From positions 1 to 60,353 of the forward strand of contig NIVC01004110.1 of assembly GCA_002269645.1 (NCBI GenBank): a stretch of 60,353 bases of DNA, written 5' to 3'. The notes under the pieces were generated by a model. It did no database searches. It was given only the letters and a program-made list of their open reading frames with translations, and was not told the origin of the DNA. A program made the position numbers and the translations under genes. Of this stretch, positions 59,147 through 60,353 are shown one piece after another. The stretch's first letter is position 1. The number at the start of each line of letters is the position of its first letter. Source of the DNA: Macrostomum lignano (Eukaryota).

Positions 59147-60353
59147 TGCCGGGGCTGTTGCCCCAGGACCCGGGTCCTGCACGTAATGGCGTGTGTGAAC
59201 TATCTGTGCAGTATGAGACTGGTATGGCCTTTATCCCAGCCAGCGATGCTCACACCTGCCTCCCCTGGCGGGCTGATAGCTCAAGAGACTCTGTCTCCTG
59301 ATTTTCACCTTGCAAGGCGCACTTCGAAGGGTACTCGTCCCGTGGGTGTTAAGGCAGGCCCCCTTGGGCCTGCCGAGCTGATTCGTTGGCGCCGGGTCCT
59401 GGTGTGACCATAAACGCACCCTCTAATGTCCCAGTGTAACTCCGTGCTGCATTGACGCTTGGCCAGAGAGTAGTCTGGTCGCTAACGGTTCCCTTGCGCT
59501 TTTGGGTCCCCCCGCAGGGTGGTATTTTGCTTTTTGGGGGTCTGCCGCTTGGTTTGGGGTTGCGGCCTTGCGGCCTCTTTGCCTGTGTTCTGCAGGAAGT
59601 CCCACCTTTTTACTTCCAGCCAATGGCTTCTAACCGAAGTAACAAACCGGCTGTGGATGACACAGTGCCTCCGGCCTCGGCTGGGGCCGTGGACTCCTCG
59701 GCCATACCACCTGCTACCATCGGCGGACGCCTCGGCGAGACCCGTGGAGCCAACTCTGAGCGGTGCCTCCGAGAAGACACCTGCTACTCCAGCTGCTAAG
59801 AAACGCAGCACCACCTCTGGAGCTGCCCGCCGTCGACTTAACAAGGCGAGGCGGGCCAAGGAGGGCGGAAGCCAAACCGGTGCCAGGGGCCAACGGCCCG
59901 CGGCAGCGGAAGCTTCCAGTCTGGGGCGGTGGCGGAAGAGGGCCTCGAGCCCACGGAAGCCCCTGCCCAGGATAGGGAGGCCGATGCAGCCAGGAGGGGT
60001 GGACAGCCCACCTGAAGAAAGCTCCACTGACCCCCGCGGCCTCCTACGCTGATGCGGCAAAGAGGCAACCGGCGGTTGTCATCCTGGGAAAGGACGCGCG
60101 CCTGTCTCCCGATCAGCTGAAGCAGGTGTGAGAAGTGCCGTTGATGGCCTCCTGTGGAAGCAAACTCTGAAGGGCACGCCTCTGACATTCATTCGAATGC
60201 GACGAGGACTCGTGCCTTCTCATTTTGGCCCAGTGATGCTGACTCGCGGTCGGCGGCTCCTTGAGCTGCTGCCCGAGCAGAGCTGGACCTCAACCTAGCC
60301 TTCTGCAGAGAGGACGAGCGCCCCGGACCAAGAGGCATCGAATCTGGGTCCGG
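59147..60353 (+). mobile_element. 5' end of a non-LTR retrotransposon: ~475-nt 5' UTR plus frameshifted gag-like ORF1 (Loa/R1/I-like), running off the window
   Basis: Abrupt switch from the minisatellite to GC-rich sequence. ATG at 59623 (MASNRSNK). Segments KKRSTTSGAARRRLNKARRAK and SYADAAKRQPAVVILG are typical of LINE ORF1 N-termini. No RT visible in the window. Confidence 0.65.

Overview
Eukaryotic (animal) genomic DNA with GT-AG introns, GC-rich exons and intron-filling minisatellites. The style most resembles the flatworm Macrostomum lignano (inference, not proven). Left to right: (1) an 8-exon, very divergent YMR196W-like GH63 glycoside hydrolase gene (+) whose predicted catalytic Asp motif is altered, with a different minisatellite in almost every intron; (2) a 5'-truncated RNase H-bearing LINE inserted in a minisatellite; (3) an intact intronless CAP59/GT69-like glycosyltransferase (-), a horizontal-transfer candidate; (4) an unknown basic ORF (-); (5) a C-type lectin + PAN exon (+); (6) a full-length 3.3-kb hAT-family transposon with a 5-bp TSD; (7) an RTE relic; (8) nup62 with a young 51-bp coding minisatellite in its FG domain; (9) a very recent tandem triplication spanning 27137-49155 (nup62 3' part, coa1, tmem145 3' part) whose middle copy has a 3.85-kb deletion; (10) the parental tmem145 gene (-); (11) the 5' end of another LINE. 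Many single-base homopolymer frameshifts suggest long-read assembly errors. All protein family calls come from motif recognition by eye; no database searches were run. No rRNA, tRNA or CRISPR was seen.
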